Positions 38,367-47,142 of a DNA stretch of 64,000 nucleotides are shown here, piece after piece. Source of the DNA: Promethearchaeota archaeon (lineage in GTDB: Archaea > Asgardarchaeota > Thorarchaeia > Thorarchaeales > Thorarchaeaceae); NCBI GenBank assembly GCA_014728035.1, contig WJMJ01000022.1:1-64000 (forward strand). Reading direction: 5' to 3'. The position numbers and the translations under genes are program-made. The first letter of the stretch is position 1. The number at the start of each line of letters is the position of its first letter. The notes beneath the pieces were generated by a model. It saw only the letters and a program-made list of their open reading frames with translations, was not told the origin of the DNA and made no database searches.

Positions 38367-39254
38367 TCAATATAAGGTTCTAAGTTTTCGTTCAATTTGG
38401 TACCGTGAAATTAGACTACCTGCACCAAAAGATTCCATACTCGCAGAGCCGCAGACTGCTCCAAAATGACCTGCTGCTGATATATTTCCGCCAGTCCTTA
38501 GAAACTCAAGAAGAAAGCCTATCATGTACATGTGAATATACCCACGATCGTCACGAAACCGTGATGGTATGATATATGGAATGTCCTCTTTTCCGTGATG
38601 TGTATATATCGATGACCCCAACTCATCCTTCATTAATATCACAATAAATGGTCCTTTTCTAAGAACATCATCAATGGCTTCCTGTTCTGTTACTCTCTCA
38701 GTTATTAGAGAGAGTTCAAGCTGATCTAAGACGAGTACATTAATGTAGCCAAGGTAAAAATCAAGGTCTGGACATGATACAATCTGTATCTCATTGTCTT
38801 CCTCTTGATACAGAATTCCCTTGAGGTCCAGAGCTAGAATTGCTTCTGTTGCGGCAGCTTTGGTAAAGCAGGATTTTGAAATTTCACGATAGATTGGGGA
38901 GAAGTAGATAATTGTAGAATCAAGATGATGTGGAAGCAAGAACTCCTTGGTTATCTTTGGCGCCAGACTCTGTAACGATCTGATTTTCTTTCCTTCTTCA
39001 CCCATAGTAGTAACAATAGTTGTGGTTTTGGGGCCCATTTGATACAGTCCAGAAGTATCAACACCGGATTGAGTAAGTCTCCTATAGGCCGGTTCGGGAA
39101 AATCCGATCCAATGCAAGATACTATTGAAGTGCCATTTGCCTCAAGTGTTGGTCCAGATAGTGCATAAATAGGGGCGCCTCCCAAAGTTTCTTTTATCCC
39201 CTGTTTTGTAACGCGAATATCTCTGAAGAGATGACCGACTACCGTTAATTCCAT
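38367..39254 (-). CDS. PfkB/ribokinase-fold protein with degenerate catalytic motif
   Basis: VVGH..RD, LGGAP, IG.DFP; start reassigned to ATG 39254; DxxGAGD position reads DDRGYIH. Confidence 0.75.
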   Translation of the reverse strand: MELTVVGHLFRDIRVTKQGIKETLGGAPIYALSGPTLEANGTSIVSCIGSDFPEPAYRRLTQSGVDTSGLYQMGPKTTTIVTTMGEEGKKIRSLQSLAPKITKEFLLPHHLDSTIIYFSPIYREISKSCFTKAAATEAILALDLKGILYQEEDNEIQIVSCPDLDFYLGYINVLVLDQLELSLITERVTEQEAIDDVLRKGPFIVILMKDELGSSIYTHHGKEDIPYIIPSRFRDDRGYIHMYMIGFLLEFLRTGGNISAAGHFGAVCGSASMESFGAGSLISRYQIERKLRTLY

Positions 39255-39397
39255 TGATTCAAACCTCCCTCTTTTGGTATCTGTAACGTAGAAACTAAAA
39301 TGTGATTGTGATGTATTATTCAGGCACACCGCTTTGCTTTTAAGGACAGAATTTTGTTGCCACAAAGAGTCGATTATTGATAATAAGGTGAATACTA

Positions 39398-39667
39398 ATG
39401 CCACGACCCAGCGAGCTGACAAAATCACGAGCGAAACGCACAATACTAACTCCTGGTGGTAGACATAAGGTTCGCAGGACAAAATTCTATGCTCCAAAAG
39501 GAACTTGTCCTTTGACCGGAAGAAAATTACAGCTCCCACGAGAGGCAAAACACAATTTACGGAAGAAGGCAAGTCTCTCATCCAAGCGTCCCAATAGACC
39601 CTATGGTGGCAAGCTATCTGCTGAGGCTGTCAGAAGGGGAATATTGCGAGCTGCTCGAGAGTTGTAG
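39398..39667 (+). CDS. rpl34e: 50S ribosomal protein L34e
   Basis: MPRP, TPGG, KRPNRPYGG. Confidence 0.95.
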   Translation: MPRPSELTKSRAKRTILTPGGRHKVRRTKFYAPKGTCPLTGRKLQLPREAKHNLRKKASLSSKRPNRPYGGKLSAEAVRRGILRAAREL

Positions 39668-39668
39668 A

Positions 39669-40211
39669 ATGAAAAGGGTCATCACCCTTGGAGGTCTACA
39701 CGGAACTGGTAAAAGTTCCGTAGCTGATGGTGTTGCAGAGCTACTTGGACTTCGAAGAGTTTCTGCTGGACAAATTTTCCGTCAACTAGCTGAAGAGCGA
39801 AATATGAGTCTAGAAGAATTCAGTGAATTTGCTGAGGGAAATGAAGAAATCGATAATCTTCTCGATAACACGTTGCGATTTGAATCTAAAAAGGGTAATG
39901 TAATACTAGATGGTCAACTTGCTGCTTGGATGGCCGGTGAAAATGCGGATCTGCACATCTTTTTAACCGCTCCACTTGAAGTTAGAGTTCGCCGTATTGC
40001 TAAACGTGATGGTACGAATTTTAATTATGCACTTGAAGAAACTATAACCCGCGAGAAAAGTGAACAGTTTCGCTATCGGTCATACTATGATATTGATGTG
40101 ACTGATCTCAGTATATATGATCTGATTATTAACACGGAACATTATTCCCTTGATGAGGTAATTTCTATAGTTAAGCTTGCAGTAGAAATTCTATTTGAAA
40201 CGGAAGAATAG
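39669..40211 (+). CDS. cmk: Cytidylate kinase
   Basis: GLHGTGKS, SAGQIFRQLA, YDLIINT; start ATG 39669. Confidence 0.93.
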   Translation: MKRVITLGGLHGTGKSSVADGVAELLGLRRVSAGQIFRQLAEERNMSLEEFSEFAEGNEEIDNLLDNTLRFESKKGNVILDGQLAAWMAGENADLHIFLTAPLEVRVRRIAKRDGTNFNYALEETITREKSEQFRYRSYYDIDVTDLSIYDLIINTEHYSLDEVISIVKLAVEILFETEE

Positions 40212-40325
40212 GCAAAACACAAACCTGATATGGTATCTTCTCACACTTCGATTTATCTCACATCTAAGGGATGATGCTATCGAGGTGACTCGGGAGTGGA
40301 CCAATGAAACGTTGAGGTGTATATT

Positions 40326-40613
40326 ATGAATTTATACGATATTGGAAGAGTCTGTGTAAAGACTATGGGTCGTGAAGCCGGTAGCTATTGTGTGATAGTA
40401 GACCTAGTAGAAGATGATGGTGGTTTTGTCATGGTCACAGGTCCAAAACATATCACTAGTGTTCGGCGACGTAAGTGTAACATTCGGCATCTCGAACCAT
40501 TAAAGAAAACAATTGAAATTGGAAAGGATGCCAGCGATGAAGAAGTTCAGAAAGCGTTAGAAGATGCTGATCTTCTTGAACAGTTTAGAACTAAAATTCG
40601 CTTGCCTGAATAA
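40326..40613 (+). CDS. rpl14e: 50S ribosomal protein L14e
   Basis: IGRVCVKTMGREAG, VRRRKCNIRHLEP. Confidence 0.95.
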   Translation: MNLYDIGRVCVKTMGREAGSYCVIVDLVEDDGGFVMVTGPKHITSVRRRKCNIRHLEPLKKTIEIGKDASDEEVQKALEDADLLEQFRTKIRLPE

Positions 40614-40635
40614 AATCTAAGATTTTGGGGGTTGT

Positions 40636-41643
40636 ATGATGTCAAATTCTCTACCAGCTGACCAACCCCGTGAAACCATAACCAGGGCTGTAGATACAAC
40701 AAATCCTGATTATGGTTTCTCATCTTTTGATGATTTACCTATAGAATTCTTGCTAGAAAACTCTGTAATCGCATTGGATAAACCTGCAGGTCCGACAAGT
40801 CACGAGGTAGCTACTTGGGTCAGACGAATCTTTGACTCTGAGCGGGTTGGACACGGAGGTACACTTGATCCAGGAGTTACTGGAATTTTACCCCTTGGCA
40901 TGAATAATGCAACAAAGGCAATGCAGGCATTACTTCCAGCTGGAAAAGAATACGTATGTATAATGGAGCTTCATCGTAAAGCATTAGAAGAGGATATCCG
41001 TGAAATCGTTAAGGAATTTACTGGAAAGTTATACCAGAAACCTCCCTTACGATCTGCGGTTCGTAGAATCTTACGAGTACGTGAAGTCTATTATAACGAC
41101 ATAGTCGAAATCAAAGGGCGTTTGGTTCTTTTCAGAGTTGGCTGTCAGGCAGGAACCTATATTCGAAAGTTGTGTTTTGATATTGGCGAAGCTTTGGGAG
41201 TTGGAGCTCATATGCGTGAGCTCAGACGAACCCGTGTTGGAAATTTCAGAGAAGACGAGCATATGTGTTCTCTTTACGATTTGAAGGATGCTTATCATTT
41301 CTGGCTTGAAGACGAAGATGATCAAGAGCTGAGAAAATATTTGATGCCTATGGAGTTTGCAATTGGACACCTTCCAGAAATTGTGGTTCGTGATACGGCT
41401 GTTGCAGCTATCTGTCATGGTGCACCTCTTGCTGCAAATGGAGTGCTGCATCTGAGTTCTGGTATCAAGAAAGATGATCTAGTAGCATTAAAAACACTCA
41501 AAGGTGAAGCGATAGCTATTGGTATCAGTAAAAACATATCCGACAGAATAGCAAAAGCCAACTCTGGGATTGTTGCCGATATACAGAGGGTTCTGATGGA
41601 ACGAGACCGTTATCCTCAGCTTTGGAAATCACGTTCGGATTAG
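40636..41643 (+). CDS. cbf5: H/ACA pseudouridine synthase Cbf5 (TruB + PUA)
   Basis: LDKPAGPTSHEV, GHGGTLDP, GTYIRKLC, ELRRT, PUA domain. Confidence 0.97.
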   Translation: MMSNSLPADQPRETITRAVDTTNPDYGFSSFDDLPIEFLLENSVIALDKPAGPTSHEVATWVRRIFDSERVGHGGTLDPGVTGILPLGMNNATKAMQALLPAGKEYVCIMELHRKALEEDIREIVKEFTGKLYQKPPLRSAVRRILRVREVYYNDIVEIKGRLVLFRVGCQAGTYIRKLCFDIGEALGVGAHMRELRRTRVGNFREDEHMCSLYDLKDAYHFWLEDEDDQELRKYLMPMEFAIGHLPEIVVRDTAVAAICHGAPLAANGVLHLSSGIKKDDLVALKTLKGEAIAIGISKNISDRIAKANSGIVADIQRVLMERDRYPQLWKSRSD

Positions 41644-41686
41644 ATTGTCTTTGCAGAAATTCTTTATGTGTTTGATTCAAAAATAC

Positions 41687-42036
41687 AATGGCTCTGGAGC
41701 GAAAGCGCAACTGACGGTATCTACAGAATGTAGAAGCTGAGGAAGATCCCGACTATGTGTCGACGCTAGTCCAGCGAGAGCTGGATGGTGAGAACCATGC
41801 TCTGGAAACAGAAACGACACGCCCAGATAGAATATGACAATGATACAGGTCTACCTGTTGAGGATTTATCTGGATACGATGAAACGGTCCATCACTACAT
41901 AGCAATTCCAAGAATAGGTTGATGATTTGTCGACATGAAACCTAGGGTAGGAAGCTTAGTTAGATGTTGCAAGGAATTCAATGGGTAACCTTGAATTCGG
42001 AACAAAATCGGGGCTACTCTTCGGACCAGAGCCATT
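41687..42036 (+). ncRNA. rnpB: RNase P RNA (archaeal)
   Basis: P1 AATGGCTCTGG/CCAGAGCCATT closes the ends; CR-I GAGGAAGATCCC; ACAGAAACG and GATGAAACGG internal conserved regions; CR-V AACAAAATCGGGGCTA. Confidence 0.92.
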
Positions 42037-42055
42037 TTATAAAAAGAGCGTGTGC

Positions 42056-42160
42056 TCAGGTTGCTTCCAACGCGAGCACTTCGCTTGTAGTTAGGTCACC
42101 GCTCTTGCTAGAGTCTTGGTGAGTGGGAGTTGATAGAATATCTTCAACGCTAGGCTTCAT
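42056..42160 (-). CDS. Micro-ORF C, 34 aa (MKPSVEDILSTPTHQDSSKSGDLTTSEVLALEAT)
   Basis: ATG preceded by AGGAGG that overlaps the end of micro-ORF B. Confidence 0.5.
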   Translation of the reverse strand: MKPSVEDILSTPTHQDSSKSGDLTTSEVLALEAT

Positions 42161-42165
42161 CGATA

Positions 42166-42249
42166 TTACCTCCTGAAGTAGGCATCAGTGATAGCCTTGG
42201 TTGAGGGGGTCTTGGTTGCCTTGATGATCTTGGTCTTGGATACCGCCAT
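42166..42249 (-). CDS. Micro-ORF B, 27 aa (MAVSKTKIIKATKTPSTKAITDAYFRR)
   Basis: ATG preceded by GGAGG overlapping the end of micro-ORF A; similar to A; strong codon bias. Confidence 0.65.
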   Translation of the reverse strand: MAVSKTKIIKATKTPSTKAITDAYFRR

Positions 42250-42255
42250 TGTGTT

Positions 42256-42360
42256 CTACCTCCGGTAGGTGTAAGCAAAGGTCAGAGCCTTGGTGGTCTG
42301 CTTCTTACGGGTGATGTTCTTTGTCTCTGAGTTGGGTCGGGAGTTAATCGCTAACGCCAT
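42256..42360 (-). CDS. Micro-ORF A, 34 aa (MALAINSRPNSETKNITRKKQTTKALTFAYTYRR)
   Basis: ATG 42360 with GTGA upstream and TTATATA box at 42398-42392. Confidence 0.65.
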   Translation of the reverse strand: MALAINSRPNSETKNITRKKQTTKALTFAYTYRR

Positions 42361-42428
42361 GATTGTTCACAAGATTACTACTCAGAATCAGTATATAATG
42401 GAAAGCCACGATTATAGGACACTGGAAG

Positions 42429-42447
42429 TAGTCACAATTTGTGACTA
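42429..42447. promoter_or_regulatory. Perfect palindrome, putative operator between divergent micro-ORF and DsrE promoters
   Basis: TAGTCACAA-T-TTGTGACTA. Confidence 0.5.
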
Positions 42448-42511
42448 TGTCATCAGTTCTAAATAGCTTAAATTTGGTGAAGCATTACATACTTAGAAAC
42501 GGTGATACACT

Positions 42512-42859
42512 TTGACAAAAATTGCAGTTGTAATCAAATCCGAGCCATATTCTGATGAAAGCGTTTATACTGGATTGAAATTCGTCAAGAGCGCTTTGTC
42601 AGAAGGGCATAATGTTGAAGTCTTCTTAGTCCAAGGTGGAGTATTTTGTGCGTTAAGCAAACAAAATCCTAAAGATATGCCAAATCTCTATTCTCTCTTG
42701 GAACAGTTAATATCCGATGGTGCCCGTATTGTTTGTTGTGGTACTTGCGTGTCTTCACGCGGTATTGATACAACAATGATTCATCCGAATGTTGAGATTG
42801 GTTCTATGCAAATCTTTGTTGAAATGATTGCTTCATCTAATTCATCTATAACATTCTAA
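42512..42859 (+). CDS. DsrE/DsrF/TusD-like sulfur relay protein
   Basis: PY..E...TGL, VFL..GV, CGTCVSSRG. Confidence 0.88.
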   Translation: MTKIAVVIKSEPYSDESVYTGLKFVKSALSEGHNVEVFLVQGGVFCALSKQNPKDMPNLYSLLEQLISDGARIVCCGTCVSSRGIDTTMIHPNVEIGSMQIFVEMIASSNSSITF

Positions 42860-42882
42860 ACTCATTTTTCAGTCATGTGAAT

Positions 42883-43419
42883 TCATTCGCGTGACTGACT
42901 TTCCATTATTTCTGATTGAACTTGTACAACTTCTGTACTATTCTTACAGGATGCATAGGCATCCAATAATTCTCTGTTGAGCGTTATGAATGCTGAACCC
43001 CATTTGAATATCGACATAATCGTTTCTGCATCCTTCTGAAATCCTGCAATCCATAAAGCAGCAGCAATTGCTTCAGCTGTCGATAGTTTGATAGGTTTGT
43101 ACGTATTGATTGGATTTGCCGCTAATAGATAAGGTAAAGCACGCTGGGTACCATGTTTTGATGCTCGAAATACATCTTCTGCTTGTTTCCATGAACAATC
43201 CAGTGCGACTAGACCATGCTTTTCGACTTTTTCTCTGTCTTCATTGGAGAAAGCAGTTCTTGATACCGGATTAAGAACTACAGAAGCTCTAGGTACTCTA
43301 CGAAGATCTTTGATTATTTTTGCAAGATGCCATCTTCCAAGTCGTATTCCTGTACATTTTTTTGGATCACATTGTGATGCGTGATATACAAATATCTTCG
43401 ATTCGACCTGTTTTCTCAT
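42883..43419 (-). CDS. tsr3: 16S rRNA aminocarboxypropyltransferase Tsr3
   Basis: CDPKKCTG, LDCSW, RALPYLLAANP, LSTAEAIAAAL, FKWG. Confidence 0.95.
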   Translation of the reverse strand: MRKQVESKIFVYHASQCDPKKCTGIRLGRWHLAKIIKDLRRVPRASVVLNPVSRTAFSNEDREKVEKHGLVALDCSWKQAEDVFRASKHGTQRALPYLLAANPINTYKPIKLSTAEAIAAALWIAGFQKDAETIMSIFKWGSAFITLNRELLDAYASCKNSTEVVQVQSEIMESQSRE

Positions 43420-43482
43420 TCTATTTCACTAATAGTCAATTCGTAACAGATTTCAGGCTTCCCCTCCAGCATTTTACAAGAC

Positions 43483-43755
43483 ATGACAACTAATTCCATT
43501 TCTGGTATTGATTGCGAGATTTGCACATCATCTAGTGCAAACCAGAGATGTAGATTATGTGGAGCTTTTGTATGTACCTCTTGTTTTTCAAAAGGCAATC
43601 TCTGCATCAGCTGTTATGAAACACAATGTGCAGTTTGTCATGAATATCTGTCATCTCGGGCTTGTAATTTGTGTGGGCAACTTGTCTGTGAAGACCACGG
43701 CAAGAAAATCAACGAACGCACAATCTGTAAAAATTGTCTGGGGGCTTCTTCATGA
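43483..43755 (+). CDS. Cys-rich tandem zinc-finger protein
   Basis: Repeated CxxC/CxxH pairs in two similar halves; stop overlaps the tiaS start (ATGA). Confidence 0.75.
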   Translation: MTTNSISGIDCEICTSSSANQRCRLCGAFVCTSCFSKGNLCISCYETQCAVCHEYLSSRACNLCGQLVCEDHGKKINERTICKNCLGASS

Positions 43756-45101
43756 AGACCCAGGTACTACATATTGGTTTTGATGATATTGACAATCCAG
43801 AAGGGGGATGCACCACTCATTTTGCAAGTATTATGATTGATAAAATGAATGAACTGGGTGTGGAGTGGATGGATTTTCCTAATCTCATTCGTCTTAATCC
43901 TAATATCCCCTTTAGAACAAGAGGAAATGGTGCTATAGCTTTCAGAATAATGACTGATTCGGAACCGAAAGAACTACTGAAGATGTTTATGAAAGAAGCT
44001 CTTTCCTATGCTAGAACTGATTATCAAAATACTAATCCTGGTATTGCTATTGTACCAGACCCAATTCCCGGATTGCTGCATCAAATAGCTCGGGATGCTC
44101 TTTGGCGTTTTGTTCCTACTACTTACATAAATCGTATTCTACATGGTTATGATTGGCAAATTATGAAAGTAGGATCTGGAAGGGGTTTAATTGGGGCACT
44201 AGCAGCAATTGGTAATACTTTGCTTGGAGACCACACATACGAACTTGTTACTTACCGATCATTGGATGATGCCAAGGAATCGCGAGATGTAAATACAGAA
44301 TCCGTTATTGCGATGGATGAAAAATTTTCGAAACTCACCTTCGCAAATATTGATTATGATACTGGTCAGATACTTATTGAACCCCACGGACCTGATCCCG
44401 TTCTTTTTGGTTTAAGAGGTGAAAATCCAGATGTCCTAAAGGAGGCATCTAACTATATTGTTGCAAAACAATCTGTTCGAAGGTGGACAATATTCCGAAC
44501 AAATCAGGGTACTGGAGTTCATCTTCAGAATCAATTGTTGATTAAAGATCTACGTCCCTATCAAGCTGCTACTGTAAAATGTACGGTTCGTGAAAGCCCA
44601 AAGATTATTGAAGGTGGACATCTCATCTTTTCGGTATTTGATGATACTGGATCTATTGAATGTGCTGTATATGAGCCAACTGGTGGATTCAGAGATATAA
44701 TTAAGAAATTAATTCCCAATGATATCGTTCTGTTACACGCCGGAGTAAGGCCAGCTTCAAGAACACATGATAGAACCCTGAATATCGAAGGAATTGAGAT
44801 TGTAAAGTTGGCTACTAAACGTTCGTATTCAAACCCATTATGTCCAAAGTGTGGTAAACGTTTGAAAAGTGCAGGTAGAAACAAGGGATACAAATGTACA
44901 AAATGTGGTTTCAAAAGTTCAGAATTGGAGAAAATTCAAACCCTTGAAGAGAGAACACTCGCTCCTAAATTATACCTTCCGCCCCCTCGTGCTCAACGCC
45001 ATCTAACACGTCCATACTCCAGAATTAACCATGATAATAGTGATAGAGAGATACCGTTGGCTTCAGAATGGCACTCTAATCAATTAAAAGAAGAAAAGTG
45101 A
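43752..45101 (+). CDS. tiaS: tRNA(Ile2) agmatinylcytidine synthase
   Basis: GFDDID...GGCTT, LIRLNPNIPFRTRGNGA, TNQGT, YEPTG, CPKC...CTKC, RHLTRP. Confidence 0.96.
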   Translation: MKTQVLHIGFDDIDNPEGGCTTHFASIMIDKMNELGVEWMDFPNLIRLNPNIPFRTRGNGAIAFRIMTDSEPKELLKMFMKEALSYARTDYQNTNPGIAIVPDPIPGLLHQIARDALWRFVPTTYINRILHGYDWQIMKVGSGRGLIGALAAIGNTLLGDHTYELVTYRSLDDAKESRDVNTESVIAMDEKFSKLTFANIDYDTGQILIEPHGPDPVLFGLRGENPDVLKEASNYIVAKQSVRRWTIFRTNQGTGVHLQNQLLIKDLRPYQAATVKCTVRESPKIIEGGHLIFSVFDDTGSIECAVYEPTGGFRDIIKKLIPNDIVLLHAGVRPASRTHDRTLNIEGIEIVKLATKRSYSNPLCPKCGKRLKSAGRNKGYKCTKCGFKSSELEKIQTLEERTLAPKLYLPPPRAQRHLTRPYSRINHDNSDREIPLASEWHSNQLKEEK

Positions 45102-45118
45102 GTAGATTCGATTTCGAA

Positions 45119-45520
45119 TCATACTCTTCTGCCACGGCGACCGCCTGGCTTTCTTGTACCATCATGTGGGATTGGAGTTACTTCGTCTATGATTCCAATT
45201 CTCAGCCCAGCTCTACTCAATGCTCGGATTGCTGCTTGAGCTCCGGGACCTGGTGTTTTGGGGCCATGTCCTCCTGGGGCTCGGACTCTGATGTGTATGC
45301 CGTAAATTCCTTTATCCTTCGCTTCACGGGCTGCTTGAAAAGCTGCCTGCATTGCAGCATGTGGTGATGATTCATTTCGGTCGGCTTTGACCATCATACC
45401 ACCACTGTATCGTGCTATTGTTTCCGCTCCAGTGATGTCTGTTATGTGAATGATACTATCATTATATGATGCATAAATATGAGCAATTGCCCACTTATCA
45501 CGTTCAGTCTTTTTACTCAT
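45119..45520 (-). CDS. rps11: 30S ribosomal protein S11
   Basis: [28 protein letters not shown]. Confidence 0.98.
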   Translation of the reverse strand: MSKKTERDKWAIAHIYASYNDSIIHITDITGAETIARYSGGMMVKADRNESSPHAAMQAAFQAAREAKDKGIYGIHIRVRAPGGHGPKTPGPGAQAAIRALSRAGLRIGIIDEVTPIPHDGTRKPGGRRGRRV

Positions 45521-45526
45521 CTACAA

Positions 45527-46096
45527 TCAATCCTCTTCATCATCTATTTCTTCGCTATCTCCAGCCATTTGTGCTGCACTGGATGCTGCTATACGTGCTG
45601 GATGGGTGTCATCATTGAGCGGTGAACTAGCAGAATATGTGAGTCTTTCTTCTTCTGAAATGGTTATAATTCTGCTTGGCGTAGTTATTCTGGCACCATC
45701 AATTGCAACATGTCCATGAGTAACAAGCTGTCTTGCATGATGTGGGGAACATGCAAGGCCTTTTCTTAGAACAAGAGTCTGTAAGCGTCTCTCTAATACA
45801 TCTTCTAATGTGAGATCGAGCACACTGTCCAAAGTTGGTTCTCCAGTTAGGATTCCTTCTCGAGTGAGTTTAGTTATGAGTTCTCGTTCAAGTTGAGCTC
45901 TTTCCGATGAAGGTAGTGCAAGTAGGTTTCTTGCTTGTCTTCTAACACGAGAGAGTTCAGTTTTATGTCTCCATAACTCTCGTTTATTTCTCATACCGTA
46001 GCCACCTACTAGCTCAAGCTCCTGTTCGAATCGCTCGCTGTCAAAGGGCTTCTTTGGAGCAACATATCGTTTTTTCTGTCGGCGTGGATCTCCCAT
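45527..46096 (-). CDS. rps4: 30S ribosomal protein S4
   Basis: MGDPRR, YGMRNKRELW, LERRLQT, ARQLVTHGH. Confidence 0.98.
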   Translation of the reverse strand: MGDPRRQKKRYVAPKKPFDSERFEQELELVGGYGMRNKRELWRHKTELSRVRRQARNLLALPSSERAQLERELITKLTREGILTGEPTLDSVLDLTLEDVLERRLQTLVLRKGLACSPHHARQLVTHGHVAIDGARITTPSRIITISEEERLTYSASSPLNDDTHPARIAASSAAQMAGDSEEIDDEED

Positions 46097-46575
46097 TAGT
46101 CAGTCCCCTTATCAGCTTGTTTTGCAAGTTTCTTTCTTGATACTCCGACAGCAACGCCGCCACGTCCAGTAGTTCTAGTGTGTTGACCACGGACTTTGAG
46201 ACCGAGTGAGTGTCTAACTCCTCGCCAAGAGCGTATTCTTTTGAGTCGGTCGATATCCGAGCGGTGTACAAATTCAAGATCCGCACCGATTAAATGGATC
46301 ATTTTGCCAGTCCGTCTATCTCGCGGGCGATTGACATACCATTCAGGCATTCCTGCTTCAACAGGATTTTTGAGAATTGTTTCAATCTCTGAGATATTCT
46401 CTTCACTAAGGAATCCCAATCTCATTTTTGGGTCTAAATTCAATTTTCTAACTAGTGCTTTTGACAATCGAAGGCCTACTCCTCGAACACTTGTAAGCCC
46501 TTGGAGTAAGTTGATTTGGCCATCAATGTCATGACCTGCTAACCGTACAATGTGTTTGTATTCTTGCTCGGACAT
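46096..46575 (-). CDS. rps13: 30S ribosomal protein S13
   Basis: VRGVG, PEWYVNR, RH..GLKVRGQHTRTTGR. Confidence 0.98.
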   Translation of the reverse strand: MSEQEYKHIVRLAGHDIDGQINLLQGLTSVRGVGLRLSKALVRKLNLDPKMRLGFLSEENISEIETILKNPVEAGMPEWYVNRPRDRRTGKMIHLIGADLEFVHRSDIDRLKRIRSWRGVRHSLGLKVRGQHTRTTGRGGVAVGVSRKKLAKQADKGTD

Positions 46576-46680
46576 GGTTGATTACCTCATTTTGACTGGC
46601 TTGAGGCTAGTTCGCTTCTTTTTGGTAGACTTATAACACTTACCATCAGACAATGAACTTTTCTAGGTGCCTTTAAGGAA

Positions 46681-47121
46681 TTGTCAATACTTATTCATAG
46701 GTCTATCGAAATGCCACGCCATAAAAACCACAATCAGAGAGAGTGTATTATATTTGAGGGGCCACTACTCAAGAGTATCCAAAATTACCTTCTTAATAAG
46801 CTAAGGTTAGTAGTGCAAAAGTCCTCTGAGATATATCCCTCTGCGATTATTGCAAGCAATAACCTTGCAGATCAGTTCATATTGGAAAACTGGGGGATTA
46901 GAAAATCTCAACGTCAGAACTATCGAAATCTCTTTACCCGCGTGAGAACAGAATGTCGATCTATCTTTGCAAGATATTTGAATGATGGACGTATTGACAT
47001 TAACGTTTCATCTCACAAGTACTCATTTAGAGTGTACAAGTTTAGTGAAAATCGGGGGAATCTGATCCTTAACTTTGTCCGTTTTAGGAGAAACTCAGAA
47101 TGGGCACCATCTGCGTCCTAA
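46681..47121 (+). CDS. Hypothetical basic protein
   Basis: Open frame filling an intergenic gap; start may be ATG 46711; no motif recognised. Confidence 0.55.
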   Translation: MSILIHRSIEMPRHKNHNQRECIIFEGPLLKSIQNYLLNKLRLVVQKSSEIYPSAIIASNNLADQFILENWGIRKSQRQNYRNLFTRVRTECRSIFARYLNDGRIDINVSSHKYSFRVYKFSENRGNLILNFVRFRRNSEWAPSAS

Positions 47122-47142
47122 CTATACAGATTCTATTCTGTA

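Noticed and set aside
39255-39581. N-terminal 109-aa extension of the PfkB ORF given by the track
   Set aside because: It overlaps rpl34e on the opposite strand; the fold begins at ATG 39254, which has a GGAGG RBS
40211-40320. Stem CACTTCGAT/ATCGAGGTG with an ATGATG box upstream of rpl14e, as a possible C/D sRNA or leader
   Set aside because: No matching downstream CTGA D box and only one helix; insufficient evidence
42100-42300. CRISPR-like array suggested by repeated CTTGGT hexamers
   Set aside because: The repeats are only 6 nt, irregularly spaced, and no cas genes are present
7610-42360. Genome-wide amber recoding suggested by in-frame TAGs at 7778 and 42256
   Set aside because: Many conserved genes here (secY, rps14, rps8, rpl15, map) end correctly at TAG, so TAG is a normal stop
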